Positions 35,890 to 49,293 of a stretch of DNA of 64,000 nt are shown here, piece after piece. This DNA comes from Heterodontus francisci. Taxonomy: Eukaryota. Below the pieces are notes generated by a model. That model saw nothing but the letters and a program-made list of their open reading frames with translations, was not told the origin of the DNA and searched no databases. The DNA is taken from contig NC_090375.1 in NCBI RefSeq assembly GCF_036365525.1, forward strand, positions 136,250,982 to 136,314,981. Reading direction: 5' to 3'. The position numbers and the translations under genes are program-made. Within the stretch, counting starts at the first letter, position 1. Each line of letters opens with the position of its first letter.

Positions 35890-36400
35890 AACACCTCTCT
35901 CCTCATGGATAAAGCCTTAAACCACACTTTTATCACCTCATGGCAGGACTTTCCAAACCCCCTCTTTGTCATCCTCCCCATTGCTTCCATTTATAAACTA
36001 CAAACCATCCACAATGCCACAGTCTGTGCCCTTAGCTGCATTAAAGCCCACATCCCCACTATTCCTGTCGTCACCAAATTCCACTGATTTCCTCCCCCCA
36101 CCTCATTGAAATTCCTCCAGCCATATGTCCCTCCATGCAATTTATCAACCTCCAACAGAGTTACTTCCCATTTCCCACTTGTTCCATCCCAGCATGCGTG
36201 AATGCTCTTTAGCTACTTTGCCCCTGTTCTCTGACACTCCTCCCTGCAGCATCTCTGCATTGCCATCTACGCTCTTGCTTTCAAAAACCTCATTACCTCT
36301 ACCTTCCTTTCCCATTACCTCGGTGCCCATTTATTATTTAACCAGCACTTAAGCTGCTTTGAAATCTTTGTTTGCATGGAATGAATAATAAGCAAATGTA
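35890..36400 (+). mobile_element. Highly degraded L2-like LINE 3' region
   Basis: KLQTIHNATVCALS...HIPTIPVVTKFH resembles the L2 motif LQxxQNAAAR...HITPxLxxLHW. Confidence 0.5.
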
Positions 36401-37867
36401 AATTGTTGAAAAATATATTTTAATGAACTAAAATCAGAAATAAAAAAACTGACTGAATAGCTCCGGGTAGAGCTGGCATAGACTTGATGGGCTGAATGGC
36501 CTCCTTCTGTGTCATAAATGACTCTATAACTCTATGTCATATAAATTTATCACTTGTGGTTTTCTTTTTATGAGTCAGAGGAGGAAGATTTGCTCTCATC
36601 CTCTAGAATCTCATTCTTCATTTTATTTTATTGCTCAGCAAGAAAAATGGGAAATATTCAAGCCATAAATGAATGTGTACAATACATTGTAGGATCAGTG
36701 TGAGATCAGCCTGTTCTGTAGCTCCCTTCGAATAAGCATGTAGCAGCACCACAGTGTACTGCCATCAACATCAACTATTTTTCATGTAACTACAGAAGAT
36801 GCATTTTGAAGTGCAATAAGAGCCGAATTGCTCACAGCAGAGTTAAGCAGCACTTTTTTTTTTAATGTTGTATACATATTTAAGGAGCACTGGATCTCGT
36901 GCCCGTTCAGTCAAATAGCTTGGATCTGAATCTTCTAATTATTAATTATTTATGGATTAAACTTTCTGAGATCAAAAAAAATGAATGTACTCATGACCAT
37001 TTAAAAGAGAATTGAAAACTGTTAATCTCATACTTAATTCCCTGATATTTAGTCCTCTCACAATGCTGCCATTTTTTCCCACAAGGTTCCTTTCCTGATC
37101 TGACTGCCATATTTTTCCATTATTCCACCACTGTCATTTGTAAACCAACCATTAGTATTGTGAAAAATCAATACAAAAGATGTCAGACATCCGACATCTC
37201 TGAACACATCAACGTTTATATAGAGATCATTGTTTTTTTACAGATATATGCACATCTTGCAAAAAGTATCCTATAAAATGTTTGTGTTTATGGGTAAATA
37301 ATTTTAGTTTGAAATTCAATAGAACATGGGAATCAATGGAAATCACTGCACTAAAAAAAAATCTAGCCTAACTTCGAATCAAACCAGCATCAAAACATAC
37401 AAAGATATAAAATGAGAAAAAAAGTCATCTCAGCAACATTGCCCCAACATTTGGACTCATGGTCAGGGCTTATAACCAATTATTTTCCTCTCCCTCCTGC
37501 TCTAATGTCAGATAAATGTACAAGTACTCACACTAAATTTCCTTTGAAATGTTTCAGCTGTGTCTGGATTTAGTGCACCGACTGTAAATCTGTCCTACAT
37601 TCACAGATAAAGGATCCTATCTAAAATGTTAATTTCCCTTTCCCTTTCAGGTGCTGACTGATCTGCTGTATATTTTCAGCACTTTCTGCTTTTAATCTTG
37701 TACTGCAAGCATCCATAGACTACAGGAGTGAAGTTACTCTCAGCACTATTTGCAAGAATCATACTATTGAATATGTATGAAATGCCTTTTGCTTTAAATG
37801 CATCAACAAATAGGCTAAATTGGAGCATATGTTGGGGATGGGGTTGAGGGGGGGACAAAGAGGAATG

Positions 37868-40594
37868 GATGATCCAGCTCGGCCTCCTCCTGGAGTCCCC
37901 AGTATCACAGATGCCAGTCTTCAGCCAATTCAATTCACTCTGCGTGATATCAAGAAACAACTGAAGGCACTGGATACTGCAAAGGCTATGGGCCCTGACA
38001 ACATTCCAGCAATCGTACTGAAGACCTGTGCTCCAGAGCTTGTGGCGCGCCTAGCCAAGTTGTTCCAGTACAGCTACAACACTGGCATCTACCCTGCAAT
38101 GTGAAAAATTGCCCAGGTATGTCTTGTACACAAAAAGCAGGACAAATCCAACCCGGCCAATTAGTGCCCTATCAGTCTTCTCTCAATCATCAGGAAAGTG
38201 ATGTAAGGTGTCATTGATAGTGCTATCAAGCGGCACCTGCTATGCAATAACCTGCTCAGTGATGTTCAGTTTGGGTTCCGCCAGGGCCACTCAGCTGCTG
38301 ACCTCATTACAGCTTTGGTTCAAACATGGACAAAAGAGCTGAACTCCAGAGGTGAGGTGAGGTGAGAGTCAATGTCCTTGACATCAAAGCAGTATTTGAC
38401 CGAGTATGGCATCAAGGAGCCCTAGCAAAACTGGAGTGAATGGGAATCAGGGGGAAAACTCTTTGCTGGTTGGAGTCATACCTAGCTCAAAGAAAGATGG
38501 TTGTGGCTGTTCGAGGTCAATCATCTCAGCTCCAGGACATCATTGCAGCAGTTCCTCAGGGTAGTGTCCTAGGCTCAACCATCTTCAGCTGCTTCATCAA
38601 TGACCTTCCTTCAATCATAAGGTCAGAAGTGGGGATGTTCGCTGATGATTGCACAATGTTCAGTACCATTCGTAACTCCTCAGATAATGAAGCAGTCTGT
38701 GTAGAAATGCAGCAAGACCAGGACAGTATCCAGGCTTGGGCTGATAAGTGGCAAGTAACAAGCAACATTCACACCACACAAGCGCTAGGCAATGACTACC
38801 TTAAACAAGAGAGATTCCAAACATCCCTCCTTGGCATTCAATGGCATTATGATTGCTGAATCCCCCACTAACAACATCCTAGGGGTTACCATTGACCAGG
38901 AACTGAACAGGAGTAGCCAGAAATACCATGGCTACAAGAGCAGGTCAGAGACTAGGAATCCTGCAGCGAATAACTCACTCCTGACTCCCCAAAGCCTGTC
39001 CACCATCTACAAGGCACAAGTTAGGAGTGTGATGGAATTTGCCCGAATGGATGCAGCTCCAACAACACTCAAGAAGCTCGACACCATCCAGTACAAAGCA
39101 GCCCGCTTGATTGACACCCCATCCACAAACATTGACTCCCCCCATCACCGACGCACAAGATGCACTGTAGCAATGCACCAAGGCCTCCTTAGACAGCACC
39201 TTCCAAACTGGCATGGATTAAAGATTGGTTAACAGGCAGAAAACAGAGAGTAGGAAAAAACTGATTATTCTTGCGTTGGCAGGCTGTGATTAATGGGGTA
39301 CCGCAGGGATCAGTGCTTGGGCTCCAGCTGTTCAATATATATCAATGATTTGGATGTGGGGACCAAATGTAATATTTCCAAGTTCGCAGATAACACAAAA
39401 CTAGGTGGAGGAAGATGCAAAGTGGCTTCAAGGGGATTTGGACAAACTTAGTGAGTGGGCAGGAACATGGAAGATGGAATATAATGTGGAAAAATGTGAG
39501 GTTATCCACTTTGGTAGGAGGAATAGATGTGCAGAGTATTTCTTAAATGGTAAGAGATTAGAGAGTGTAGATGTACAAAGGGACCTAGGTGTCCTTGTCA
39601 ATAGGTCACTGAAAGCTAACATGCAGATGCAGTAAACAATTAAGAAGGGTAATGTTATGTTAGCCTTTATCGCAAGAGGATTTGAGTACAAGAGTAGTGA
39701 AGTCTTGCTTCAATTGTATAGAACCTTGGTTACCACACCTGAGTACTGTATGCAGTTTTGGTCCCCTTACCTTAGGAAGGATATTATTGCCATAGAGGGA
39801 GCGCAACCAAGGTTCACCAGACTTGTTCCCGGAATGGCGGGACTGTCCTATGAAGAGAGATTGGGGAAACTGGGCCTGTATTCCCTAGAGTTTTGAAGAA
39901 TGAGAGGTGATCTCATTGAAACCTACAAAATGCTTAAAGGGATAGACAGGGTAGCTGCAGGTAAGATGTTTCCCTAGTTGGGGAGTCTAGAACCAGGGGA
40001 CACAATTTCAAAATAAAGGGGAAGCCACTTAGGACAGAGATGAGGAGAAATTTCTTTACTCAGAAGGTTGTGAATCTTTGGAATTCTCTACCCCAGAGGG
40101 CTGTGGAAGCTCAGTCACTGAGTATGTTTAAATCAGAGATTGACAGAATTCTAAATACAAATGACATAAGGGGATATGAGGATAGTGTGGGAAAAAGCTT
40201 TTGGAGTGGATGATCAGCCCTAATCGTATTGAATGGCGGATCAGGCTCGATGGGCTGAATGGCCTACTCCTGCTCCTACGTTCCTATGTTCCTAAACCGG
40301 CAACCTCTACCACCTGGAATGGCAAGGGCAGCTGATACATGGGAACACCACCACCTGCAAGTTCCTCTCCAAGTCACACACCATCCTGACTTGGAACTAT
40401 ATCGCCATTCCTTCACTGTCGCTGGGTCAAAATCCTGAAACTCCCTTCCTAATGGCACTGTGGGTGTATCTACCTCACATGGACTGCAGCGGTTCAAGAA
40501 GGCTGCTCAACATCACCTTCTCAAGGGCAAGTAGGAATGGAGAATAAATGCTGTCCTAGCCAATGACGCCCTCATCCCATGAAGGATAAAAAAA
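37868..40594 (+). mobile_element. CR1-group (Zenon-like) LINE, RT and 3' end, interrupted by a CR1 at 39209-40294
   Basis: KAMGPDNIPAIVLKTCAPEL, VPQGSVLGSTIFSCFINDL, MFADDCTMF and IYKAQVRSVME; ends CATCCCATGAAGGATAAAAAAA. Confidence 0.85.
39209..40294 (+). mobile_element. 5'-truncated CR1 LINE, same subfamily as 135-2142
   Basis: Closely similar to 1070-2142 by eye; (TATGTTCC)n tail; short AAAC duplication at the junctions. Confidence 0.92.
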
Positions 40595-41639
40595 AGAGTT
40601 TGGCTGTAGCTCATGGGACTGTCTTCCCTCAGATCAGAGGATTTGCAAGTGGAAGGCAGCAAAGCCAAGGAGGCTTCAAAAGATAAGTAAAACCTTTCTT
40701 CACAGTTCCCCAAGGATCCTTAGTGTTGGATGTCATCTGACTGCTGTTTTTGGATAGTAGCCAGAAGGCCCCATAACCAGTGGCTATTACCACGGCGGGA
40801 CTCCTCGCAGGTCTGCAGCAATTGCTCAATTTCGATTGATTTAAAAAGCAAATTGCACTGTGCCACCCTAAATTGATGCATAAGGCTGTGAAGTTTCTGG
40901 CAGTGAAATTGGCCTTTACCAAACATGCTCATGGCGCATGGTTTCTTTTTCCATTTGCTAAAGTCGAATGTGGTGAAAAATGGGCTGCTGATTCAATATC
41001 AGCTTGCTGAAGGCCAATTTTATGCCTCTCATTATTCTTTGCAAGGGAGACTAAAGCAGATTTCGACTATGTACAAACTTTGTGACTGGTTCAGTTATGG
41101 ATACGGCAGACAGTTTTAAATGTAGCTGGAAAATATAAAAGTCTAACAAGTTTGCCAACTGCTCAAGTGGTATAAAGAAAGTGGAGAGGAATTGAGAAGC
41201 TCTCAGTTGAGCAGAAATCTTTTCAGGAAGACAAAGTTGATGATCTAACTTTTGCAGTTCGGAAAGAATACCTTACTAAGTGGCAGTACTACTTGCCTCA
41301 AACCACCATTGGAAAATGTGAACCAATTTCAGGTTTGGGCCCCATCTGAAGGTAGCTAGCGAATTGCAGGGACCAAATGCGTGTTCTGCAGCAGCTCATC
41401 CATTGTGAGAGGGCAGGAATCGATTAGCTCCTACACTGAACCAGCTGACAGGTTCGGGTAGGGGTGGGATGGGGGCAGTGGAGGTCAACCTGGAAGGGAT
41501 CATGCATGGGTTAGTAGTGGCCTGCAGTATTTTGTGGAACCCAGGAAGAACACTCCAACTTTGCCTATTCCCACAAAAAGGAAAAAAAAAGCTTGGGGAT
41601 GCAACCAGTGTTCCTTTTAAAATAGTGCTGGTTAGGTTA

Positions 41640-42033
41640 CTTACTGCCTGCTCCCTCAACCTTATTCCCACCAAATTATTGAGCAACCAAATCCCCTTCC
41701 TGCCATCAATGTTAGCCTAAGTGTTAATGGTTCCTTCTGCTCAGGCACTATGCCTCTTTTATTCAAATATGTTGTCTTTATACCCATCCTTAAAAAATTC
41801 ACACTTTGTCTCTCCATCCTTGAATACTATCACCCGATCTCCAATCTCTTTTTCCTCTCCAATGGTCTTGAACCTGATGTTGCCTCCCAAATGCGTGCCC
41901 ACCTTTCCCACAACTAAATGTTTGAACCTGTACAATCAGGTTTCCGCCCCACCACAGTACTGAAAAGGTACTTATCAAAGTGATAAATGAAGTGCTATTT
42001 GACTGTGACCATGGTAAACTCTCCCTCCTCATT
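41640..42033 (+). mobile_element. L2-clade LINE RT fragment
   Basis: CSLNLIPTKLL, QSGFRP, HHSTEKVLIKVINEVL. Confidence 0.75.
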
Positions 42034-42034
42034 A

Positions 42035-42856
42035 AAGTAAAAGCAAAATACTGCAGATGCTGCAAATCTGAAATCAAAAACAGAAAGTACTGGAAATACT
42101 CAGCAGGACTGGCAGCATCTGTGAAGAAAGAAACAGAGTTAACGTTTCAGGTCGATGACCTTACATCAGAACTGGCAAGGGTTAGAAATGTAATAATTGG
42201 AGTCATAGTCTGAAATTGTTGAATTCAATGTTGAGTCCAAAGGGCTGTAGAGTGCATAATTGGAAAATTAGGTGCTGTTCCTTGAGCTTGCATTGAGCAT
42301 CACTGGAACATTGCAACAGGCCGAGGACAGAATGCAAGCATGGGAGCAGGGTGGTGAATTAAAATGGCAAGCAATCGGAAGCTCGGGGTGATTCTTGCAG
42401 ACTGAGCAGAGATGTTCTGCAAAGCAGTCACCTAACCTACGTTTGGTCAACCCAGTGTGGAGGAGACCGCATTGTGAGCAGTGAATACAGTATACTAAAT
42501 TGACAGAAGTACAAGTAACTTGCTGCTTCACCTGGAAGGAGTGTTTGGGGCCTTGGATGGTGAGGAGAGAGGAGGCAAAAGGGCAGGTGTTACACCCACT
42601 GTGATTGCATGGGAAGGTGCCATATGAAGGGGACGAGATGTCAGGGTGATGGAGGAGTGGACCAGGGTGTTGTGGAGGGAACAATCCCTTTGGAATGCTG
42701 ACAGGGAAGGGAGGGGAAGAAGTGTTTGGCAGTGGCTGGATGATCCTTTGGATGTGGAGGCTGGTGGGGTTGAAAGTGAGGACAAGGAGAACCCTGTCGC
42801 AGTTCTGGGAGGAAGGGGAAGGGGTGAGGGTAGAGGTGTGGGAAATGGGCCAGATA
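42035..42856 (-). mobile_element. Penelope-like element: GIY-YIG endonuclease region and terminal repeat with hammerhead motif
   Basis: ORF 42268..42684 contains CNTCPF...TCTSVNLVYCIHCSQCGLLHTGLTKRRLGDCFAEHL. At 42137-42173 the minus strand reads AGTT-CTGATGT-AAGGTCATCGACCT-GAAAC-GTT-AACT. Confidence 0.88.
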
Positions 42857-43019
42857 CCTTGCTTTCACGCCCACATTTCTGTCCGCGGTTTGCTACCACT
42901 CCTGAACCAGCTACTTACTGGGTGGTCACCTCCCAATCTCTTGCTCACTGTGGGACAGTGGCAGGCCTCTACCTGAGGGCTTAATGTTCCATGTAGGTGT
43001 GACTTGTACACAGGAGTAA

Positions 43020-43747
43020 AGCCTGGATTTTCCTGGGTCAGGCGGCATGGGCAGGCAGTATGTCCCTGATGGCAATCTTTCCAGCCGCAGCCAAGTAAGA
43101 AGCCATCACCAGGCCCATCGTCCAATCAAGGAGGGTGATCTGCCTCTCTGAGCTGCTGGCCCAATCAGAGGGGACAGCTCTGCAGCCTTGGCAGCACCGC
43201 TGATAGAGGTGGCTGCTGCTGAGGCTACAAGGGAAAGAGAGGGTGCCTTCATATTGAGGCACCCTCGCAGGGAAGCTGAAAAATGTATTTCTGTGATGGG
43301 GGGTGGGGCAGGCAGACAGGCAGGTCCCGACGATCGGAGTGGTAGCCCCTCCAGCGGTGGCACTGGAGCTGCAGGAGCAGACTTTGCTGCCCGGGGCCCC
43401 CTCTTTGGGGCATGGAGCCTCCAAAAATAAAGGTGGCCCCCCTCTCCCGCTCCAGGAAGCCACTGGGAGGCCACTTCTGTGCAGCTGACAGCATTCCCTG
43501 TATGGCAGGGGTCCGCTCCACCACTGTCAAAATGCCATCGGCCCTGGAAAATGTCCATCAATTGACCTTTTAATTATTTAAATTGGCCAGTCTCCTCTGG
43601 TCAGCGGGCAGACAAACCCTTGCCATTCCCACTGCTCGGAAATTGGCCCAGCAGCGGGACTGCGTCAGGGAACCCTCGTGATCCCATTCCATGCCATCTT
43701 CCCGCTCCTCCCTCCTCGTAGCCCATCTCCAGACAAAATCCCAGCCT
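43020..43747. mobile_element. Harbinger-like MITE with degenerate TIRs
   Basis: GCCTGGATTTT ... AAAATCCCAGCC termini and a GC-rich interior sharing CCAATCAG and CCCTCCAGCGG motifs with the other MITEs. Confidence 0.65.
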
Positions 43748-44799
43748 ACATGTGGGACTGGAAAGCAAATTCACTATGACATATTTTCAAATTACCAGAA
43801 AAGAAAACATAGTTTGTGCATTGATAGGTTCACCAACTACAGTGTTGTGCAGAAGATTAAATGTGAGCCACAACCAAGGAAGGTTGATTACCTCTCCTGT
43901 GCCAAGTAACAAGGCAGACTCACAGGTTCTGTTTACTTTGACATTTGAGAGGGGGTTGTTTCTACAATCACTGGAACAGTTGGCTCAGGCAAATAAAACT
44001 AAAGCTGCAGCTTCAAACCATATTATTTTGGATTGTTTGAAATATAATGAAAATGGTGGTTTTTGAAACACTGGAGATTGTAGTCTGTCAGAAAGATGGA
44101 TGCAGGCAGGAAGTTCCACAGCTTTGTTATTTGTATGTGAATGGATTATGAATGTGCCTTATGACAGGAAACCCTGACAGTGAAAGAGTGTTGTGCTGCA
44201 TCCTCAGACAGCTACATATTAATGTGAGGATGGCAGGCATGGGAGGTAGTGTCTTGTTCTGGGAAACATTTGCATCAGGAAAATGTAAAAGAAACAACAT
44301 CTAATGAATAGAGAGTGATATAGCAATGATGTTTACCACATTTGATGTTTCTGAAAAGAGTTTGCTGCATGCATCCAGCATAACAATGTTGCAGGAAGAT
44401 GTCTCATTCCAGATAGTGACTGAAAATATTCCATATCAGGATGGATGCAAGTTTTGATAAAGGGCTCCTGGAAAAATAATGATGAATTCATGATGCATGC
44501 TGTTATTAATGCACAAATCGACCAGCAAATTCAGGGGATGAAGTGATACACCATAATTTGCAAACCTGTAGAGCCTGCTGGTCAATTACCGTTACTCTGC
44601 CATTTGCCTCACACAAAGAGCATCTTGTCCTCAGCCGCCCTGTTACTTTTAAGAACTTGCTGAATTTGCACATTCATTACCCATTAAGTTTGCAGAAGAA
44701 AGTTAGAGCTCATAATTAACAACATAAATACCCTGTTAAGGATGTGATCCTTTTTACTGCAATGCCAATCAATCTCTCCAGCTCAGTAAAGGAAAAATT

Positions 44800-47497
44800 T
44801 ATAGAGGCATAGAGTCACACAGCACAGAAACAGGCCCTTTGGTCCATTGTGTCTGTGCCGGCCATCAAGCACCTACTTATTCTAATCCCATTTTCCAACA
44901 CTTGGCCCGTAGCCTTGTATGCTATGGCGTTTCATGTGCTCATCTAAATACTTCTTAAATGTTGTGATGGTTCCTGCCTCTACCACCTCTTCAGACAGTG
45001 CGTTCCAGATTCCAACCACTCTCTGGGTGAAAATTGTTTTCCTCAAAATCCCCTCTAAACCTCCTACCCCTTACCTTACATTTATGTACCCTGGTTATTG
45101 ACCCCTCCGCTAAGGGACAAAGTTTCTTCCTATCCAATCTATCAATGCCCCTCATAATTTTGTATACCTCAATCATGTCCCCCCTCAGCCTTCTCTGCTC
45201 TAAAAAAAACAACCCTAGCCTTTTCAGTCTCTCTTCATAGCTTAAATGCTCCAGCCCAGGCAGCATCCTGGTGAATCTCCTCTGCACCCTCTCCAGTGCA
45301 ATCACTACCTTCCTATAGTGTGGTGCCCAGAACTGTACACAGTACTCCAGCTGTGGCCTAACTAGCCTTTTAGAACGCTCTGTCATAACCTCCCGGCTCT
45401 TATATTCTATTGCTTAGCTAATAAAGGCAAGTATCCCATATGCCTTCCTAACCACCTGATCTACCTGTGCTGCTGTCTTCAGTGATCTATGATCAAGTAT
45501 ACTAAGGTTCCTCTGACCTTCTGCACTTCCTAGCGTCCGACCATCCATTGTATATTCCCTTGCCTTGTTAGTCCTCCCAAAATGCATCACCTCACACTTC
45601 TCAGGATTAAATTCCATTTGCACTGCTCCGCCCATCTTACCAGCCCATCTATATTGTTCTGTAATCTTAGGGTTTCCTCCTCACTATTTACGACACCACC
45701 AATTTTCGTGTCATCTGCGAACTATATTCACGCCTAAATCATTAATGTACACTACAAACAGCAAGGGTCGCAGCACTGATCCCTGTAGTACACCACTGGT
45801 CACAGGCTTCCACTCGCAGAAACAACCCTCGACCATTACCCTCTGCCTCCTGCCACTAAGCCAATTTTGGATCCAATTTGCCAAATTGCCCTGGGTCCCA
45901 TGGGTTCTTACCTTCTTAACCAATCTCCCATGCGGGACCTTATCAAAAGCCTTACTAAAGTCCATGTAGACTACATCAACTGCTTTACCCTCATCTACAC
46001 GTCAAGTCACCTCCTCAAAAAATTCAATCAAGTTTGTTAGACACGATCCCCCCTGACAAAGCCATGCTGACTATCCCTGATTAATCTCTGCCTCTCCAAG
46101 TGGAGATTAATCTTGTCCCTCAGAATTTTTTCCAGTCGTTTCCCAACCACTGATGTTAGACTCACTGGCCTGTAATTACTTGGCTTATCCTTGCTACTTT
46201 TCTTGAATAATGGTACCACATTCGCTGTCCTCCAGTCCTCTAGTACTTCTCCTGTGGCCAGAGAGGATTTGAAAATTTGTGTCAGAGCCCCTGCTGTCTC
46301 CTCCCTTGCCTCACATAACAGCCTGGGATGCATCTCATCTGGGCCTGGGGATTTATCCACTTTTAAGACCTCTAAAACAGCTAATACTTCCTCCCTTTCA
46401 ATACTAATATATTCAAGTATATCACAATCCCCCTCCCTGATCTCTACACCTACTTCGAGCTTCTCCATGGTGAACACAGATGAAAAGTAATCAATTAAAA
46501 CCTCACCTATATCCTCCGGCTCCGCACACAGATTGCCACTTTGTTCCCTGATAGGCCCCACTCTTTCCCTGCTTATCCTCTTGCCCTTAATATACTTATA
46601 AAAAGCCTTAGGACTTTTCTTTATCTTGCCCGCCAGTGTTTTTTCATGTCCCCTCTTTGCTCTCCTAATTACTTTTTAAGTACCCCACTCCCACCACACA
46701 CCTTCCATATTCCTCTAGTGCCTCCGCTGTTTCCAGCGCTCTGAATCTGCCATAAGCCTCCTTTTTTTTTCTGATCCTATCCTCTATATCCCTTGACATC
46801 CAGGGTTCCCTGGACTTGTTGGTCCTACCCTTCACCTTAACGGGTACATGTTGGCTCTGAACTCTCACTGTTTCCTCTTTGAATGACTCCCACTGGTCTG
46901 ATGTAGACTTTCCTACAAGTAACTGCTCCTAGTCCACTTTGGCCAGATCCTGTTTTATCATACTGAAATCGGCCTTCCTCCAATTCAGTACCTTTATTTC
47001 CGCCCCGAATTTTCCTTTTCCATAACTACCTTAAATCTTACAGAGTTATGTTCACTATCCCCAAAATACTCCCTCACTGACACTTCTACCATTTGTCCAG
47101 CTTCATTCTCTAGGATTAGGTCCAGGACTGTCCCTTCTCTTTTAAGACTTTCTACGTACTGGTTCAAAACGCTCTCCTGTATGCTTTTTAAGAATTCTGC
47201 CCCCTTTAAGCCTTTTGCACTAAGACTATCCCAGTTGATATTAGGGAAGTTGAAACCCCCTACTATTATTACGCTATTATTTTTACACCTCTCTGAGATT
47301 TGCCTACATATCTGCTTCTCTATCTCTCCCTAACTGTTTGAAGACCTGTAGTACACTCGCAGCCAAGTGATTGCCCCCTTTTTGCTTTTAAGTTCTACCC
47401 ATATGGCCTCATTTGAGGAACCTTCTAAGATATCATCCCTCCTTACTGGAGTAATTCACTTCTTGATCAACAGTGCAATACCACCTCCTCTTTTATT
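44800..47497 (-). mobile_element. CR1 LINE (partial EN, RT, 3' UTR), decayed
   Basis: Minus-strand KSPGPDEMHPRLL, NYRPVSLTS, MDFSKAFDKVPH and LVRPQLEYCVQFWAP; 3' end near 44800. Confidence 0.93.
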
Positions 47498-48387
47498 GCG
47501 GAGTCTCATTCCGACATGTGGTAAATTCTTTCCCGAGATTTTAAAGTTGTCAAACTTTACATTTTTACATTTTTTCTGACTTTTCCTTTCTGTCTCCCTT
47601 TTCTCCCTCTCTCTTTATCCAATCTTTCTTTTCTTTTCTGAATTTATCTTTCTGTAGCTGATTGACTCGAATTCACCAACTCTAATTCACCCTCATTCTT
47701 TATTGTTTCTCTATTTTTTTTCTCAGTTCTTAAATCTCATTATTTAAGGAGCTAGACTGTTGGTTTCAATGTTCAGCAAGGTCCCAGTTGCCCTGTTGCC
47801 CTCGTTGCATTGTTATCAGCTCACACATCCAGCAAGTTACGCTGCAAATTATATTCAAGCTGTCGGTTATGGGACAAAGTCTAATGGCGCACACTGAGAG
47901 ATATCCTGCTCAAACTAACTTTGGCCCAATATGTTCATAATTTATCAGAGTTTGAGAAAGCATTCTGTAATACCATGACTTTCAAAATCTCCCCTTGCTT
48001 TGATAGTGGTAGTACAGACTGCCTAAAAGCTCATACTTCATTTACATCATAGACTTGTGCTTCAATGTACATTTTGCATGAGTATCTCTGTAATGTATCC
48101 TGGGTAAATTACAGATTCACTATAGCAGATGATCCAAAATTTGAGGGGAGCTTTATCCATGTTGGTAATGAAGGAGAAATGAATGCTCATTTAGATGATT
48201 GCCTCATGCTGCTGAGTGGCTACATGCCTGCACAGGGGATGCAAGATTGTGAGAGGCCAGTACCACTTAAAGTTAGCCTGCATTACTTAAAGCCAACTTG
48301 CCCTTCTTAAAGAGGAGGCAAATTCTAGCTGCAGCATGTGCTGGAAGTGGCTGGGGAAGAGGGTCCAAGCAGGAGGGGCGCTGAAAA

Positions 48388-48468
48388 ATGGTGCAACAGG
48401 GGAGAGAGCTTGCTCGAAGTTTCTCTGATACAGCACTGAAGGCCTTGGTGTAGGAGATGGACAGGAGG
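48388..48468 (+). pseudogene. Decayed Myb/SANT-like DNA-binding domain fragment (Harbinger ORF1 type)
   Basis: MVQQGRELARSFSDTALKALV*EMDRR resembles the R-A-P-x-F-S-x-x-x-L-x-x-L-V start of Harbinger/NAIF1-type Myb/SANT domains. Confidence 0.6.
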
Positions 48469-48506
48469 TTGACACGCTGACTGACATCACAAACTGCCTA
48501 CTCTGT

Positions 48507-49293
48507 GGGCTGGATTTTACCGAGCCCTTGATGTCAGGTTCCATGGGGGAGGTGGTGTGGGTAGGCTCGGTAGATGGTTCCAGCAGAGGTCCATCATGGA
48601 GGCTGATGCTGGGAGGGCCCGGCCTGATCCTCCCAGCCGTGACAAGGCTCCATGGCGGCACCCCGGCGCTGGACGACGGGAGCTGAATCTAAATATCTAA
48701 ATCAAGGAGATGAATGCATTTAAATTGACTTACCAGCAAACTTCCAGGCCCGCCGCGATCTTTGGAGCAGCAGCCAGCACTCCTGTGCCTTCAATTCCCT
48801 GTATGGGAAAAGGAGGCATGACACTGGTGGGGAGGGGGGAGGTGATAAGATTTTTACTGTGGGAGGGCGAGATGGGATCAAATAAGCATCATCAGTGTAG
48901 GGAATGGTGGGAAGGGGTGAACTTTCAACTTGATACAGTCTGTGGGGGAGGAGGTCAGAATTCAAAGGTAAGTGTTTTTGTGGGGGTGCGAAAGGGCTAA
49001 TACTGTACTTTTTATTGAGGGTGGGAAACGGGCATTACAGTTTTATTCGTTAACTTTTCGGGGGGATACCTCTTCAAAAATGTAAGTATGCCGGCAGGAC
49101 TGACTGCCTTTAAAAATAGCGCCAGCGCCTGCGCACTTGCAGCCGATGCCATTGCTGGCGTCGGAGAGCCCACCCCAAGTGATTGGGGATGTGGCCTGAC
49201 CGAGTGATTAGCCTGGGCCGCTGCAAGGAAGATTGCAGCGTCATGGTGGTGCATGGCCCGCACGTGCGGACCGCCATTTTTAAAATCCAGCCC
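48507..49293. mobile_element. Harbinger-like MITE
   Basis: Perfect 13-bp TIR GGGCTGGATTTTA / TAAAATCCAGCCC with TSD TGT (48504-48506, 49294-49296). Confidence 0.9.

Noticed and set aside
36740-36765. TAGCAGCAC, the miR-15/16 family 5' sequence
   Set aside because: The remainder does not match miR-15/16/195 mature sequences, and only a tiny hairpin can form.
41176-41349. Open stretch RKWRGIEKLSVEQKSFQEDKVDDLTFAVRKEYLTKWQYYLP
   Set aside because: Bounded by stops, no convincing splice sites and no recognised homology.
43752-44066. 104-aa ORF in non-repeat DNA
   Set aside because: Non-ATG start, no recognisable domain, length within chance expectation.
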